From assembly GCA_030537465.1 (NCBI GenBank), contig JAUNMP010000004.1, forward strand, positions 1 through 58,359: a DNA stretch of 58,359 nucleotides. The letters are read 5' to 3'. The stretch's first letter is position 1. Every line of letters starts with the position of its first letter. The position numbers and the translations under genes are program-made. Below the pieces are notes generated by a model. That model saw only the letters and a program-made list of their open reading frames with translations, did no database searches and was not told the origin of the DNA. This DNA is from a bacterium (lineage in GTDB: Bacteria > Verrucomicrobiota > Kiritimatiellia > RFP12 > UBA1067). Shown one piece after another: positions 29,401 through 37,504 of this stretch.

Positions 29401-31534
29401 CCTTGTAGGTGTGGGACGGACGGAAATCGACATGCTCCGCCAACGGCACCCATCCCCCCTTCTCACCCTTCTCTACCCTCTCAACCTTCTCACCCTTCTC
29501 CCCCTTCACATAGAAACTCGCCTTCTTCACGCCGCGGTTCGTGTAGCTGCGCCCCGCCATCAAACGCACGCCGCCGATTTCGCGCGGCTCCGCGAAGTCG
29601 AAGACGACCTCGATCGGTTTCTTCGTCCACTTGAAGGCGCAGGCCGGGTTGATCTGGCCGTCAATCAGCAATTCAACACCCTGGTTCGGCAACGTCGCGG
29701 CCGCAGACGAGGCCTTCACCGCCGGACGCTTCAATGCCGCCTTCGGCACGAGATCCACCCAGTCGTAGTCCTCCAAGGCGCCCCACACGCCAATCGCATA
29801 GGAGTCGTTCCGCGGATCGGGATTCGTCACCATCTCCGTCCAGCTCGGCGGAGGGTCGACCAGTTCAATTCCGCTGAAGAGCTGCGGCTCCGCCGCATAG
29901 GCATGGGCCGCGGCGATGCAGTCCCAGCCAGCCGCTTTCAGCGGCGTTGAGAACGTTGAGAGGGTTGAGAGGTTGAGAGAGGCTCCAGCCTTTTGGACTT
30001 TCTGACGGATCTCAGAAAGAGCCTTCAAAATGAGGTTTTCGGCATCACGGCCCACGACACTGCACCCCAGGGTTGCCAGGAGGGCCGCCTCGTTTTCACG
30101 CGCGCAGCCGTAGGCGCCTTTCAGGTACCACCAGTTGAAACGGGGGTGGTCAAAATGTTTGAATGTTTGAATGTTTGAATGTTTGATCAAGGCCTCAAGG
30201 GGACGGATGCCGGCACGACGACGCACGATCTCCTGAAGTTTCTGGGGAGCAATCTTCTGACGAGCCTTCGCCAACGCCTCCGCCCGTTCGGCGAGGAGCG
30301 TGTACACGCTTTTGAATCCAGGAAGATCGCGCACCTGGTGCGACGGCGTCACGTATGTCGCCTCGGCGCGGAACGGCAGCGGGGCCTTGTTGACGGGATC
30401 GTCGTTCCCCACGCCGCCCAGCGCCTGATAGTCGGCGAGCGCATGGGGCTGGGGTCCACCCTGAATGCAATAGCTCATCCAATCCGTCTGCGCCGCCCGG
30501 GTCGGGGGCGGAAGGCCGTGGGGGCCGTCGCAGTGGAAGTGCCAGTAGCGAGAGGGTTGAGAATGTTGAGAGGGAGAAAGAGAGGAACCGAAGCCGAGGT
30601 GGGAACAGAGCGAGGAGAAGACCGCGAAGGTTTCCTCGGCGCCCTTCTGCGGGAAGTAGTCCTTCCATCGGCTGCCGGTCGCGAGCGCCACGCGTGGCTG
30701 TCCGAGCGCGAGCATCGCCGCATGGTTCACGCCGACGTTCAACTGGTTGAAGAAGAACTGTTCGGCATCGTGGCAGCCGCGTTCGCGGAAGACTTCGCGC
30801 AGCGACGAGATGTAGCAGTTGGGGAATGCGACCTTGATGCGCGGATCAAGCGCCTGCAGATAGGCGCTCATCGTACCGCCGCCGGACGTTCCCATCACAC
30901 CCAGCTTCGAGCAGTCGACATCGGTACGAGTCTCAAGGTAGTCAATGGCACGGATGCCATCCCAGATGCGGAAACGGGCAAAGTTCCAGCCCACGAGCCA
31001 ACCGCGTGCGCCGAGACGCGTATGCTCGGTCGAGCAGTTGTCCGTGTAGTCGTATTGCGCCGCCGACTGTCGACGCTCCCCCTGGGAGATCGGATCCCAG
31101 GCAAACGCCGCGAAGCCCGCCTTCGCCGTCATCACGAGATGCGCCGCGTAACGCGGATTCAAAATGCCGGTATCGCTGTGTCCCAGAGGCATCAGGACAC
31201 CTGGATAGGGCGCCTTGAACTTCGGGTCAGAGGGAAGCGCCAGATGGGCCGTGACGAAGACGCCGGGCTGCGACTCGAAGAGGATGTTCTCAAGGCGGAA
31301 GCCGTCACCTTGGACCTGCCCCACCACGCGGGCGTTGAGCGGCGTGCGCTCGGGGAGACCACCCAGTCCCTCGATCCAGGCCGTTCGCCAGGCCGCCTGC
31401 TTCGCCGTCAATTCGGCCGGCGTGGCGATTGCGGAAACGACGGCGTCGGCAGCCTGATCGGCGGTTGAAAGTTCATCCAGAAGATCCGCCTGTGCGCAGG
31501 CAGACAGAAAGCACACAACAAAAAGCCTTTTCAT
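26474..31534 (-). CDS. secreted fusion: alpha/beta-hydrolase (acetylxylan-esterase-like) + discoidin-like module + hydrazine synthase alpha (HzsA)-like dihaem module
   Basis: signal peptide; DPISQGER and GTSGG; TolB-like repeats (DPALSFD, EPCWLPDG); VEADGS..VPARTPVYFQLVDKDGCAIQTMRSW; CIGCH and CVRCH. Confidence 0.82.
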   Translation of the reverse strand: MKRLFVVCFLSACAQADLLDELSTADQAADAVVSAIATPAELTAKQAAWRTAWIEGLGGLPERTPLNARVVGQVQGDGFRLENILFESQPGVFVTAHLALPSDPKFKAPYPGVLMPLGHSDTGILNPRYAAHLVMTAKAGFAAFAWDPISQGERRQSAAQYDYTDNCSTEHTRLGARGWLVGWNFARFRIWDGIRAIDYLETRTDVDCSKLGVMGTSGGGTMSAYLQALDPRIKVAFPNCYISSLREVFRERGCHDAEQFFFNQLNVGVNHAAMLALGQPRVALATGSRWKDYFPQKGAEETFAVFSSLCSHLGFGSSLSPSQHSQPSRYWHFHCDGPHGLPPPTRAAQTDWMSYCIQGGPQPHALADYQALGGVGNDDPVNKAPLPFRAEATYVTPSHQVRDLPGFKSVYTLLAERAEALAKARQKIAPQKLQEIVRRRAGIRPLEALIKHSNIQTFKHFDHPRFNWWYLKGAYGCARENEAALLATLGCSVVGRDAENLILKALSEIRQKVQKAGASLNLSTLSTFSTPLKAAGWDCIAAAHAYAAEPQLFSGIELVDPPPSWTEMVTNPDPRNDSYAIGVWGALEDYDWVDLVPKAALKRPAVKASSAAATLPNQGVELLIDGQINPACAFKWTKKPIEVVFDFAEPREIGGVRLMAGRSYTNRGVKKASFYVKGEKGEKVERVEKGEKGGWVPLAEHVDFRPSHTYKENYATWNPRRGRTVKMVIEDSYDQAGHYYCFYTWEAQKHIQKLFETPPYRVRAEGPCTVQIAEMSFFGRELPQDLPLPNADGSIAYPETRLVRDWLYQSCAVSNISHCANVEPDTTKPDPLGEDISSVQWKMEDGKWRKERAEKRRAFLAKFRAKCDAFIYVKHLVMGNSIMHATDDMTDASFQEWKSVPDYRGGSQLIRATINADGTVSQEVLLDEPQGIIRDPALSFDARTLLFSKRTSLEGDDYHIWKMDLETKKITQLTFNGLVRREDIGGTQEKDFTLICSDIEPCWLPDGTILFQSTRCCHSVDCWPLPVSNLYRCEADGSHVRRIGFDQVQTFYPQLMDDGRVSFTKWEYNDRSASGLQQLYAMNSDGTKMTGLFANNSEFPFSLMHTRGIPGTRDIMMISCGHHVAQKGRLARSRLADGDDYTNSTYDPAASVWGMNTNAVKMTFPGNRVMTIPWSNWDNPCGPAVTNMPGMYYLAGAAMNAAPGVQPTRMPHDYQYNAFDMHTQFGPQWAYPYPLGDGDLLVSFMPEGCSFYRGPYSSRFGVYAMTEQGERELLAFDWGNHCLQPIALKPRRAPARPMAKIDYREGFGTYYVQNVYEGAASKGIPKGAVKKLRVIGLEYRPVHIGWNWQYGWHSTQGKIGTPISVGNGAYDVKHVLGEADVEADGSCSVKVPARTPVYFQLVDKDGCAIQTMRSWSTLMPGEVNGCIGCHEHPHQAAVDNTAALALRRPPQSLKPWLPNGPRHPFVETLEKEGPLASLDAWMGLNRPKKVDASFFGDGFGFEKDVQPILNRSCVRCHGESHRLDLRDVPGKIPPSDDQSHRAYTAAYLALSEKGKCTENVNFAHGLSFAPFKPPYSFGALRSKWYQMLKDGHPGKDGKRRVALTDNEIRTFALWIDLAIPFSSSYVEANKWCDWHQQRFLYTNNKRSAFHWLELNDIRKEYGMEPVPLTGFKPGVEMPRRQKYWSE
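28991..29018. repeat. degenerate heptamer repeat (CCATTTT x4) inside CDS
   Basis: ccatttt ccatctt ccatttt ccattga; encodes QWKMEDGKW. Confidence 0.8.
29457..29510. repeat. degenerate 9-mer repeat (CCCTTCTCA-like x6) inside CDS
   Basis: encodes VKGEKGEKVERVEKGEKG. Confidence 0.85.
29946..29980. repeat. degenerate GTTGAGAGG-like repeat x4 inside CDS
   Basis: gttgagaac gttgagagg gttgagag gttgagaga; encodes SLNLSTLSTFST. Confidence 0.8.
30154..30185. repeat. perfect octamer repeat (AATGTTTG)4 inside CDS
   Basis: four identical units read directly. Confidence 0.95.
30551..30585. repeat. short GTTGAGA-type repeat inside CDS
   Basis: agagggttgagaatgttgagagggagaaagagagg; encodes SSLSPSQHSQPS. Confidence 0.6.
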
Positions 31535-31548
31535 ATCTCCAATCCTAA

Positions 31549-31576
31549 AAGCTCGAAGCTCCAAGCTAAAAGCTAC
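31549..31576. repeat. heptamer repeat (AAGCTNN x4) at gene junction
   Basis: aagctcg aagctcc aagctaa aagctac. Confidence 0.8.
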
Positions 31577-33915
31577 TTCAACCGATGACGGGCGATGACT
31601 TCATCCTGCCAACGCTTCGAAAGCGACGTGAAACGCGCCGAGAAACCGCAGACCCGCACGATGAGATTACGATGCAGCTCGGGGTGCTTCTGCGCCTCCA
31701 GCAGCAACTCCGCGGAGTTGCAGTTCGGCTGGATCATGTGCGACCCCTTCTCGCAGAAGACGCGGAGAATCGCCGCAAGGAGCTGTGCGTTCATCGCAGA
31801 GGCGTCGAAGGTCAGATTCACGTTCGAGGCGTAGAGCTTGTCGTGTGGCAGCTTGCCGATGGAATTCATGACGGTCGTCACGCCCTCTTCGCAACGGGAT
31901 TCGCTCGGACTGAATCCCTGCGCAAGCTGATCTCCGTCACGCCGCCCATCGGGCGTCGCCCGTGTGTTCTTTCCCCAATACATGAACTCGCGATAGGTGT
32001 AGACGGCATAACGGTAGGTGTCGCCGAATCCGTTGTCCTTGCCCTCCGTCGCCTTGTTCGCCTGCTTCATGAACCAGCCCATGAGTTCGATCGGCTCGGG
32101 CGTGCCGTCCCCCCAGTAGGGCGAGGCGAGCGCGGCCCGGCGCAGCTCCTCGCCGCGCGGCCCCTTCCAGTTCGCGCGGACGACGTCGAGGAATTCCTTC
32201 ACGGTCGCAAGCTTGCGGTCGAAGCACACGCTCTTGATCGCCATCAGCGAATCCGTCACGTTGCCGATGAAGCCGAGCGTCATGATGCGCGGATGGGACA
32301 GCGAACCACCCTCGTTCGTGTCGCGCCGAGATTCAATGCAGCCGCGCAGACACATCGAATAGACCGGATGCGGGAAGACCTGCGCACTGGAGACGCCGTA
32401 CTTCGAATAGTCGTCCGTAACGCCCTTCAGATACCGCTCGAAGTTGTGCCAGTAGATCGCGCGCAACTCCTCGAAGGACTGCGCGTTGTCGAGTGGATCG
32501 AGCTCAAGTTCACAGGCCTTCAGCTTCTTGGGGTCTGGATTAAGCGTGAGTTCGAGCAGCTTGATCATCGAGAGATAATTCGCGCCGTCGACGTCCTGGA
32601 CGGAATCGACGTACCCGTTCCAGCAACCCGTACCGATGTAGCTCGTCGCATCCTCGAACGAGAAACCGTCGCGCGTGTACTGCTTCAGATAGCGGTCGTC
32701 GTTCAGAAGCGTGAAGACGGCGTGTCCCTTCATCAGCATCGTGCCGAGCTTCTCGAGATAGGCCTGCGGCGCATTCGACGAAATGCGGCAGTGGAGTTTC
32801 GGGTAGACGCAGTCCGCCTCGAGATGCGCGTCGAGGAACATCGCCGTCAGCTCGTTGTAGAGCGGCACGCCCTTCGTGTCGCATCCGCCGAGGGACATCG
32901 GGATCTCCATCTCGTGGTCGTTGTACGAATCCACCTTCGTCGAGCTGTCGTAATGGCACTCGGCCGTCAGGAGGAACTTCGTGACGAGTTCCCGCGCCGC
33001 GTCCTTCGTGAGCGTACCCGCGGCGATCTCCTTGTTGTAGAAGTCGATCAGATAGGCGTCGGGACGACCGAGCGAGAAGCAGTTCACGCCATCGACGTAA
33101 CCGAGAATCTCGCGCACGAACCAGAGCGTGTTCAGGCCCTCGTAGAAGGTCTTCGGCGGTTCCCACGGACAGCGCCGCGCCGCCTCTGCGATACGGCGCA
33201 GATTGTTGGATTGCTCGATTGTCAGATTGTCGGATTGAGAGAGAAGCCGCTGGGCCTCCGTGGCGAACTTGAGCTGGAGATCATGGATGGTGTCGAGACC
33301 GACGAGCGCCGTTTCAAGTTCCTTGCGGCCCTTCGGATCGTCGGCCGGGCACGTCTTCAACGCGGCGGCGACCTCGTCGCGCACGCCCTTGAAGCCGACG
33401 GAGAGAATCTTGCGGAACGGCGGCACGTGGTGCATGTCGTCGCAGAAAGGTCCGCAGCAGAGCGCCAGACACTCGCGCTGACGCGCCCGCTGACGCTCGA
33501 AGGCGGACTTCGGGACCAGCCCCTTCTCGTCATAGAACTTGCCGCAGAGCCTGTTGACGATACGCGCCGGACGCTTTCCGCCCCAGCCGCCGTTCACGCC
33601 CGCCTCGAAGTAGAACGGACTCTCCTTGAAAAGGAATGGCACGAAGTGGCGGCGCATCGCGAGATAGCTCTCGCGCCGCACATCGAGCGCGTCGTAGCCG
33701 GGATGTTCCCTGCAAAAGGCCGTGAGCTCTTTTTCGATGGCCTGGTAGCTTGCCGCCGAACGCGGATCCTTCACAGGATCGCTCTGGAAGCGATCGGGAT
33801 AGAACGCGCGCAGCTCCGCGCGGAAGGCCGCGTGGTCGATGGCGGACGCCGACGACAGGGCTCCCGCGAGCAGACACGTGGCAACAAGCGTACGACAAAA
33901 AGAAGGATGCTTCAT
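31573..33915 (-). CDS. glycyl radical enzyme (PFL-like family) with predicted N-terminal signal peptide
   Basis: PPKTFYEGL, SLGRPD, TGCWN Cys loop, ATPDGRR and C-terminal LIVRVCGFS Gly loop; start MKHPSFCRTLVATCLLAGALSSASA at 33915. Confidence 0.9.
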   Translation of the reverse strand: MKHPSFCRTLVATCLLAGALSSASAIDHAAFRAELRAFYPDRFQSDPVKDPRSAASYQAIEKELTAFCREHPGYDALDVRRESYLAMRRHFVPFLFKESPFYFEAGVNGGWGGKRPARIVNRLCGKFYDEKGLVPKSAFERQRARQRECLALCCGPFCDDMHHVPPFRKILSVGFKGVRDEVAAALKTCPADDPKGRKELETALVGLDTIHDLQLKFATEAQRLLSQSDNLTIEQSNNLRRIAEAARRCPWEPPKTFYEGLNTLWFVREILGYVDGVNCFSLGRPDAYLIDFYNKEIAAGTLTKDAARELVTKFLLTAECHYDSSTKVDSYNDHEMEIPMSLGGCDTKGVPLYNELTAMFLDAHLEADCVYPKLHCRISSNAPQAYLEKLGTMLMKGHAVFTLLNDDRYLKQYTRDGFSFEDATSYIGTGCWNGYVDSVQDVDGANYLSMIKLLELTLNPDPKKLKACELELDPLDNAQSFEELRAIYWHNFERYLKGVTDDYSKYGVSSAQVFPHPVYSMCLRGCIESRRDTNEGGSLSHPRIMTLGFIGNVTDSLMAIKSVCFDRKLATVKEFLDVVRANWKGPRGEELRRAALASPYWGDGTPEPIELMGWFMKQANKATEGKDNGFGDTYRYAVYTYREFMYWGKNTRATPDGRRDGDQLAQGFSPSESRCEEGVTTVMNSIGKLPHDKLYASNVNLTFDASAMNAQLLAAILRVFCEKGSHMIQPNCNSAELLLEAQKHPELHRNLIVRVCGFSARFTSLSKRWQDEVIARHRLK
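33201..33240. repeat. degenerate octamer repeat (GATTGNNN x5) inside CDS
   Basis: gattgttg gattgctc gattgtca gattgtcg gattgaga; encodes SQSDNLTIEQSNNL. Confidence 0.85.
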
Positions 33916-33920
33916 GGTCT

Positions 33921-35285
33921 TCAGTCCAGGGTTAGGCAGAGGCGCACGCCGCAGAGGGACTCCTCGGCGGGCTTGTCGGCCTTCAGCGGATACTTGTAGC
34001 CAGTGCGGTAGACGCGCAGGCGGATGTCGTAGTCCTTGCCGTCCCGGCCCTTGGTCGAGCCGCCGGCGCGGTAGTGCGAACCGCGCGTGATGCGGTAGCC
34101 GTGGTCGTAGGTCGCGGCGGGTCCGGTCGGATCGACCGCGCCTTCCTCCGGCAGCCAGAAATTGTGGTTGCCGGCCGCGTTGAGGCCCGAGTTGTCCGAC
34201 GTGCGGCCGAGCGTCGTCGTCCACTGGTGGCAGCAGCCGACCATCGCGTAGAGGCCCCACGCGTTCGGGGGCCTCATGTGCGGCTGGAATTCCTGGAAGT
34301 TCCCCCAGTTGCCGGGCGCGACGTCCGTCTGCGTGAAGAGGTAGGCGTTCGTGCTGCCCGCGCGCGCCGCGTACTCCCACTGCACGTCGGTCGGAAGGTC
34401 GAAGGATAGGCCCGAGCGGGCGCGCAGGATGCCGACGATTGACTCCGGATCGACGGCCGTCGACTTCGGGAAGTTGTATCCGTTCACGGTGTCGGTGCCG
34501 CGAGCCCGTTCGTATGAGATACCCGTGGCCACGGCCGAGAAGTTCTGGCCCAGCGTCTCGCCCCAGGCAACGCTGGACCGCGGCCGCCCCATCTGCTCGA
34601 GCTGGCCCCACGTCATCGGGTAGACGGCAAGGTAGAAGCCCTTCGTCAGCTTCACGTTGCGCGCGGACTCCTTCAGGATGTCCGAATCGAGCATGTAGTT
34701 CCAGCCCGCGTCGTGCGGGTCGGACACGTTCGTCGTGCCCGGGGTGCCGAGGCGGACGTATTCGCTGCCGCCGGAGAGCGCCTTCCATTCGTCGGATGTC
34801 GTCGGCGGCACGTAGCGGAACGCCATGTAGTCCCGGAAGAACATGGTCTTCTTCAGAGCGTTCGTGACCGAATGGTCCGCGTACGTCACCGCGCCGTCCT
34901 TCATCCGCAGCAGCATGTACGGCGGCGTACCCGAGACCTCCTCCGTGACGGAGACGCGGAACTTGAGCTGACCGTAGACGGCGCCCGCATGGTCGGTGGA
35001 CGCGCGCCACGAAATGGTCTGCCGTCCGCTCGGACGCGCCAGCCGCGTCGAGACCGATGCGTCGGAAATATAGACGTCGTCCTGGCCGTTCGACGCCGCG
35101 ATGTCGAGCCGCACGGCCTTCGCCGTCGCGCCCGGGGGCGGCGTCACCGTGAACGAGATGTCGACCGAATCGTCCCAGGGCTGGCGCGAGACCGCGACGA
35201 CGTCGCTCACCACGTAGCCCGCCGCGTCCGCGAGCGCCGTCGCCGCGAAGGCCAGGGCGCAGCCGAATCCAAGAAACTTCCTCAT
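33921..35285 (-). CDS. secreted FGE-sulfatase/SUMF1-fold protein
   Basis: signal peptide; LPTDVQWEYAARAG, PNAWGLYAMVG, RITRGS and GVRL motifs. Confidence 0.85.
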   Translation of the reverse strand: MRKFLGFGCALAFAATALADAAGYVVSDVVAVSRQPWDDSVDISFTVTPPPGATAKAVRLDIAASNGQDDVYISDASVSTRLARPSGRQTISWRASTDHAGAVYGQLKFRVSVTEEVSGTPPYMLLRMKDGAVTYADHSVTNALKKTMFFRDYMAFRYVPPTTSDEWKALSGGSEYVRLGTPGTTNVSDPHDAGWNYMLDSDILKESARNVKLTKGFYLAVYPMTWGQLEQMGRPRSSVAWGETLGQNFSAVATGISYERARGTDTVNGYNFPKSTAVDPESIVGILRARSGLSFDLPTDVQWEYAARAGSTNAYLFTQTDVAPGNWGNFQEFQPHMRPPNAWGLYAMVGCCHQWTTTLGRTSDNSGLNAAGNHNFWLPEEGAVDPTGPAATYDHGYRITRGSHYRAGGSTKGRDGKDYDIRLRVYRTGYKYPLKADKPAEESLCGVRLCLTLD

Positions 35286-35298
35286 CTCCGCGTCCTCC

Positions 35299-36609
35299 TT
35301 ATTTCACATCCAGGGTCAGCGCCAGGCGGCAGCCCGTGTTGGACGGCTCCGCGTTGTAGGTCGCCCCGTTCAGCGTTCCGTTCTCGCAGTTCGAGCGCTG
35401 GAGCATGCGGTAGGCGAGGCGACCGACGCGCGCCTTCGCGCCGCCCGGGCCGCTGTGGGAACCCCTGCAGACGCGGAACGGACCCGCGCCCATCTGCGGC
35501 ACCGGTCCGAGCGGGTCCACGCCGTCCGCGTGCTTCGCGGGGCCGCCGTTCGCGCCCAGCACCGGGCTGGTCGTCGTCCACTGGTGGCAACAGCCCACCA
35601 GGTCGTAGAGCCCCCAGGCGTTGGGCTTCTTCGTGCCGACGGCCGCGCCTGCGTTGTACGCGCCGTACTCGTTCAGCAGCGCCACGGCCGCGTCGGACGT
35701 GGCGGCCGCCGCGAAGTACTCCTCCTCGCTGCCCGCGCGTGCGGCGTACTCCCACTGCGCCTCGGTCGGGAAGTCGAAGTTCCGCCCCGTGCGCAGGCGC
35801 AGACGGCCGATCGGCGTGTCCAGGCCGATGTTGGGCGTGGCGGGGAAGCAGCAGAGGCCGAGGTCGTTCGTGCCGTCCCTGCCGCGCAGCGCGTCGTAGG
35901 ACACGTTGCGCACGGGCACCGCGTCCTGCGTGCCGACGGACCCACCCAGCAGCGCGTACTGCCTGCGCGTCATCGGGAAGACGCCCAGGAAGAACGCCTT
36001 CGTGAGCGCGATGTTCGCCACGCCCTCGCGACCGCGGTCGCCATCGGTGATGCCGAGGTCCGTCCGCTTGCCGTCGGACCCGATCCGGAACGTCGTCTTC
36101 CCCTTCTGCACGCGCCATTCGCCGGACTGCGTCGACGGGATGTAGCGGAACGCCATGTGCGTCGTCTTGTAGGTCGCGACGTTGACCTCGTTCGAGAACG
36201 CGAGCGGCTTGTAGTCGATCGCGCCGGACGCGAGGTCGACCGTCATATAGCCGACATCGGGCACGTCGTCCACGAGGGACACCATGAACGTGGCGTTCTT
36301 GATCTCCGTCGGGAACGAACCATCCTCCGGCGGCGTCCAGACGACGCGGTGGCGGCCTTCACCGAGGATGGACGCGCCCTGGAGCTGGTCGGCGGCGAGC
36401 GTGCGGTCCCCGAGCTTCACCGCCACGCGCGCGGCACGTCGGCGCGAGGCCTGTCCGTCCGTCTGCCGTGCGCGGAAGTCGATATCCACCTTGCGGCTCC
36501 ACGGCCAGCGTTGCACGACCGTGACTTCAGTGAATTCCCAGCCGCCCGCCTCTGCCAGGACGGCGGACGTCAGCGCGGCGACGGCGATCAGAAACAGGTT
36601 CTTCTTCAT
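35299..36609 (-). CDS. secreted FGE-sulfatase/SUMF1-fold protein (paralogue)
   Basis: signal peptide; QRWPW; FPTEAQWEYAARAG, KPNAWGLYDLVG, RVCRGS and GCRL motifs. Confidence 0.85.
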   Translation of the reverse strand: MKKNLFLIAVAALTSAVLAEAGGWEFTEVTVVQRWPWSRKVDIDFRARQTDGQASRRRAARVAVKLGDRTLAADQLQGASILGEGRHRVVWTPPEDGSFPTEIKNATFMVSLVDDVPDVGYMTVDLASGAIDYKPLAFSNEVNVATYKTTHMAFRYIPSTQSGEWRVQKGKTTFRIGSDGKRTDLGITDGDRGREGVANIALTKAFFLGVFPMTRRQYALLGGSVGTQDAVPVRNVSYDALRGRDGTNDLGLCCFPATPNIGLDTPIGRLRLRTGRNFDFPTEAQWEYAARAGSEEEYFAAAATSDAAVALLNEYGAYNAGAAVGTKKPNAWGLYDLVGCCHQWTTTSPVLGANGGPAKHADGVDPLGPVPQMGAGPFRVCRGSHSGPGGAKARVGRLAYRMLQRSNCENGTLNGATYNAEPSNTGCRLALTLDVK

Positions 36610-36625
36610 GAGATGCGGTCCTTCC

Positions 36626-37351
36626 CTAGCGCACGATGAGCAGCAGGCCCAGGACGCCGTCGAGCCAGGCGTCGGAAATCAGGCTGCTGCCCGAGTAGAT
36701 CTTGAAGTAGTACTTGCCGGAGGGGACGCTGGACGCCTCTAGCGGCACTGCGCCGCGCGGCCCGCCCTCGCCGTTCAGCGGCGCGAGGCCGGTCTTCTGC
36801 GTGTTCGCGCCCGTGACAAGGTTCGAGCTCGACATCCAGGTGAGGTTCGCGCCCTGCAGGCCGGGCCACCACGTCGTGTCGAACGGGACGTCCGCGGGCG
36901 CCCGGTAGATGCGCCACGGGGTCGCGTTCGTCGGGCACGTGAGCACGCGGCCGCGCGCGAACGTGCCGGGGCGCAGCTCGTAGGTCGTCGAATAGGACGT
37001 CGTCAGCTTGCCGTCGGGCGAGGCGAACGTCAGCGTCGCCGTCAACGTGTCCATGCGGAACGGTTCGGGCGGCGCGTCGAAGAGCGTGCAGGAAATCGTC
37101 GTCGCCGGCTTCGTCGCCGTCGCCGTGACGTCGTAGTGCCGGCCCTTCACGCGCAGCGCCGCCGCGGTCGCGCCCGCCGGCGCGAGACCGTCCGCCCAGT
37201 CGAGCGGAAAGGTCAGCGTACCGGAATCCAGATACCGCGGCACGCCGGCCTGCAGATCCAGCGAGACGGCGTTCGACTCCGCCGCCCCGGCTGCCCAGGG
37301 AACCAGAAGTCCCACGAGCACGCAGGCCCTGATCCGTGTCTTCCACTTCAT
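36626..37351 (-). CDS. hypothetical secreted protein ending GLLLIVR
   Basis: GGAGG SD before ATG 37351; signal peptide AGA-AE; beta-rich composition. Confidence 0.7.
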   Translation of the reverse strand: MKWKTRIRACVLVGLLVPWAAGAAESNAVSLDLQAGVPRYLDSGTLTFPLDWADGLAPAGATAAALRVKGRHYDVTATATKPATTISCTLFDAPPEPFRMDTLTATLTFASPDGKLTTSYSTTYELRPGTFARGRVLTCPTNATPWRIYRAPADVPFDTTWWPGLQGANLTWMSSSNLVTGANTQKTGLAPLNGEGGPRGAVPLEASSVPSGKYYFKIYSGSSLISDAWLDGVLGLLLIVR

Positions 37352-37504
37352 CCGTCTACCTCCATTCAAAATCCACAAAAATTTAAATCAAGGTAATTAT
37401 CGCAAATATCCACTGGTTCATCATTGCACCAGAACGCCTAAAAAGTGTACAATCTGACCACACGAGTAAATATGATACAATAAGTGGCAGATGACAAGAA
37501 GACC
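37352..37504. promoter_or_regulatory. AT-rich divergent promoter region
   Basis: AT-rich gap between divergent genes; TGaTACAAT at 37473-37481 on the plus strand. Confidence 0.55.

Noticed and set aside
26585-29950. 1121-aa plus-strand ORF (also 14041-16044, 31585-33999, 44760-47009, 50493-52685)
   Set aside because: Antisense shadows of recognisable minus-strand genes
33916-35010. 365-aa N-terminal extension of the GRE ORF
   Set aside because: Out-of-frame overlap with the FGE-fold gene, R/G/A-rich; ATG 33915 fits the gene spacing
33921-36609. Diversity-generating retroelement targeting the FGE/CLec-fold genes
   Set aside because: No reverse transcriptase and no template/variable repeat pair differing at adenines seen in the window; a remote DGR cannot be excluded
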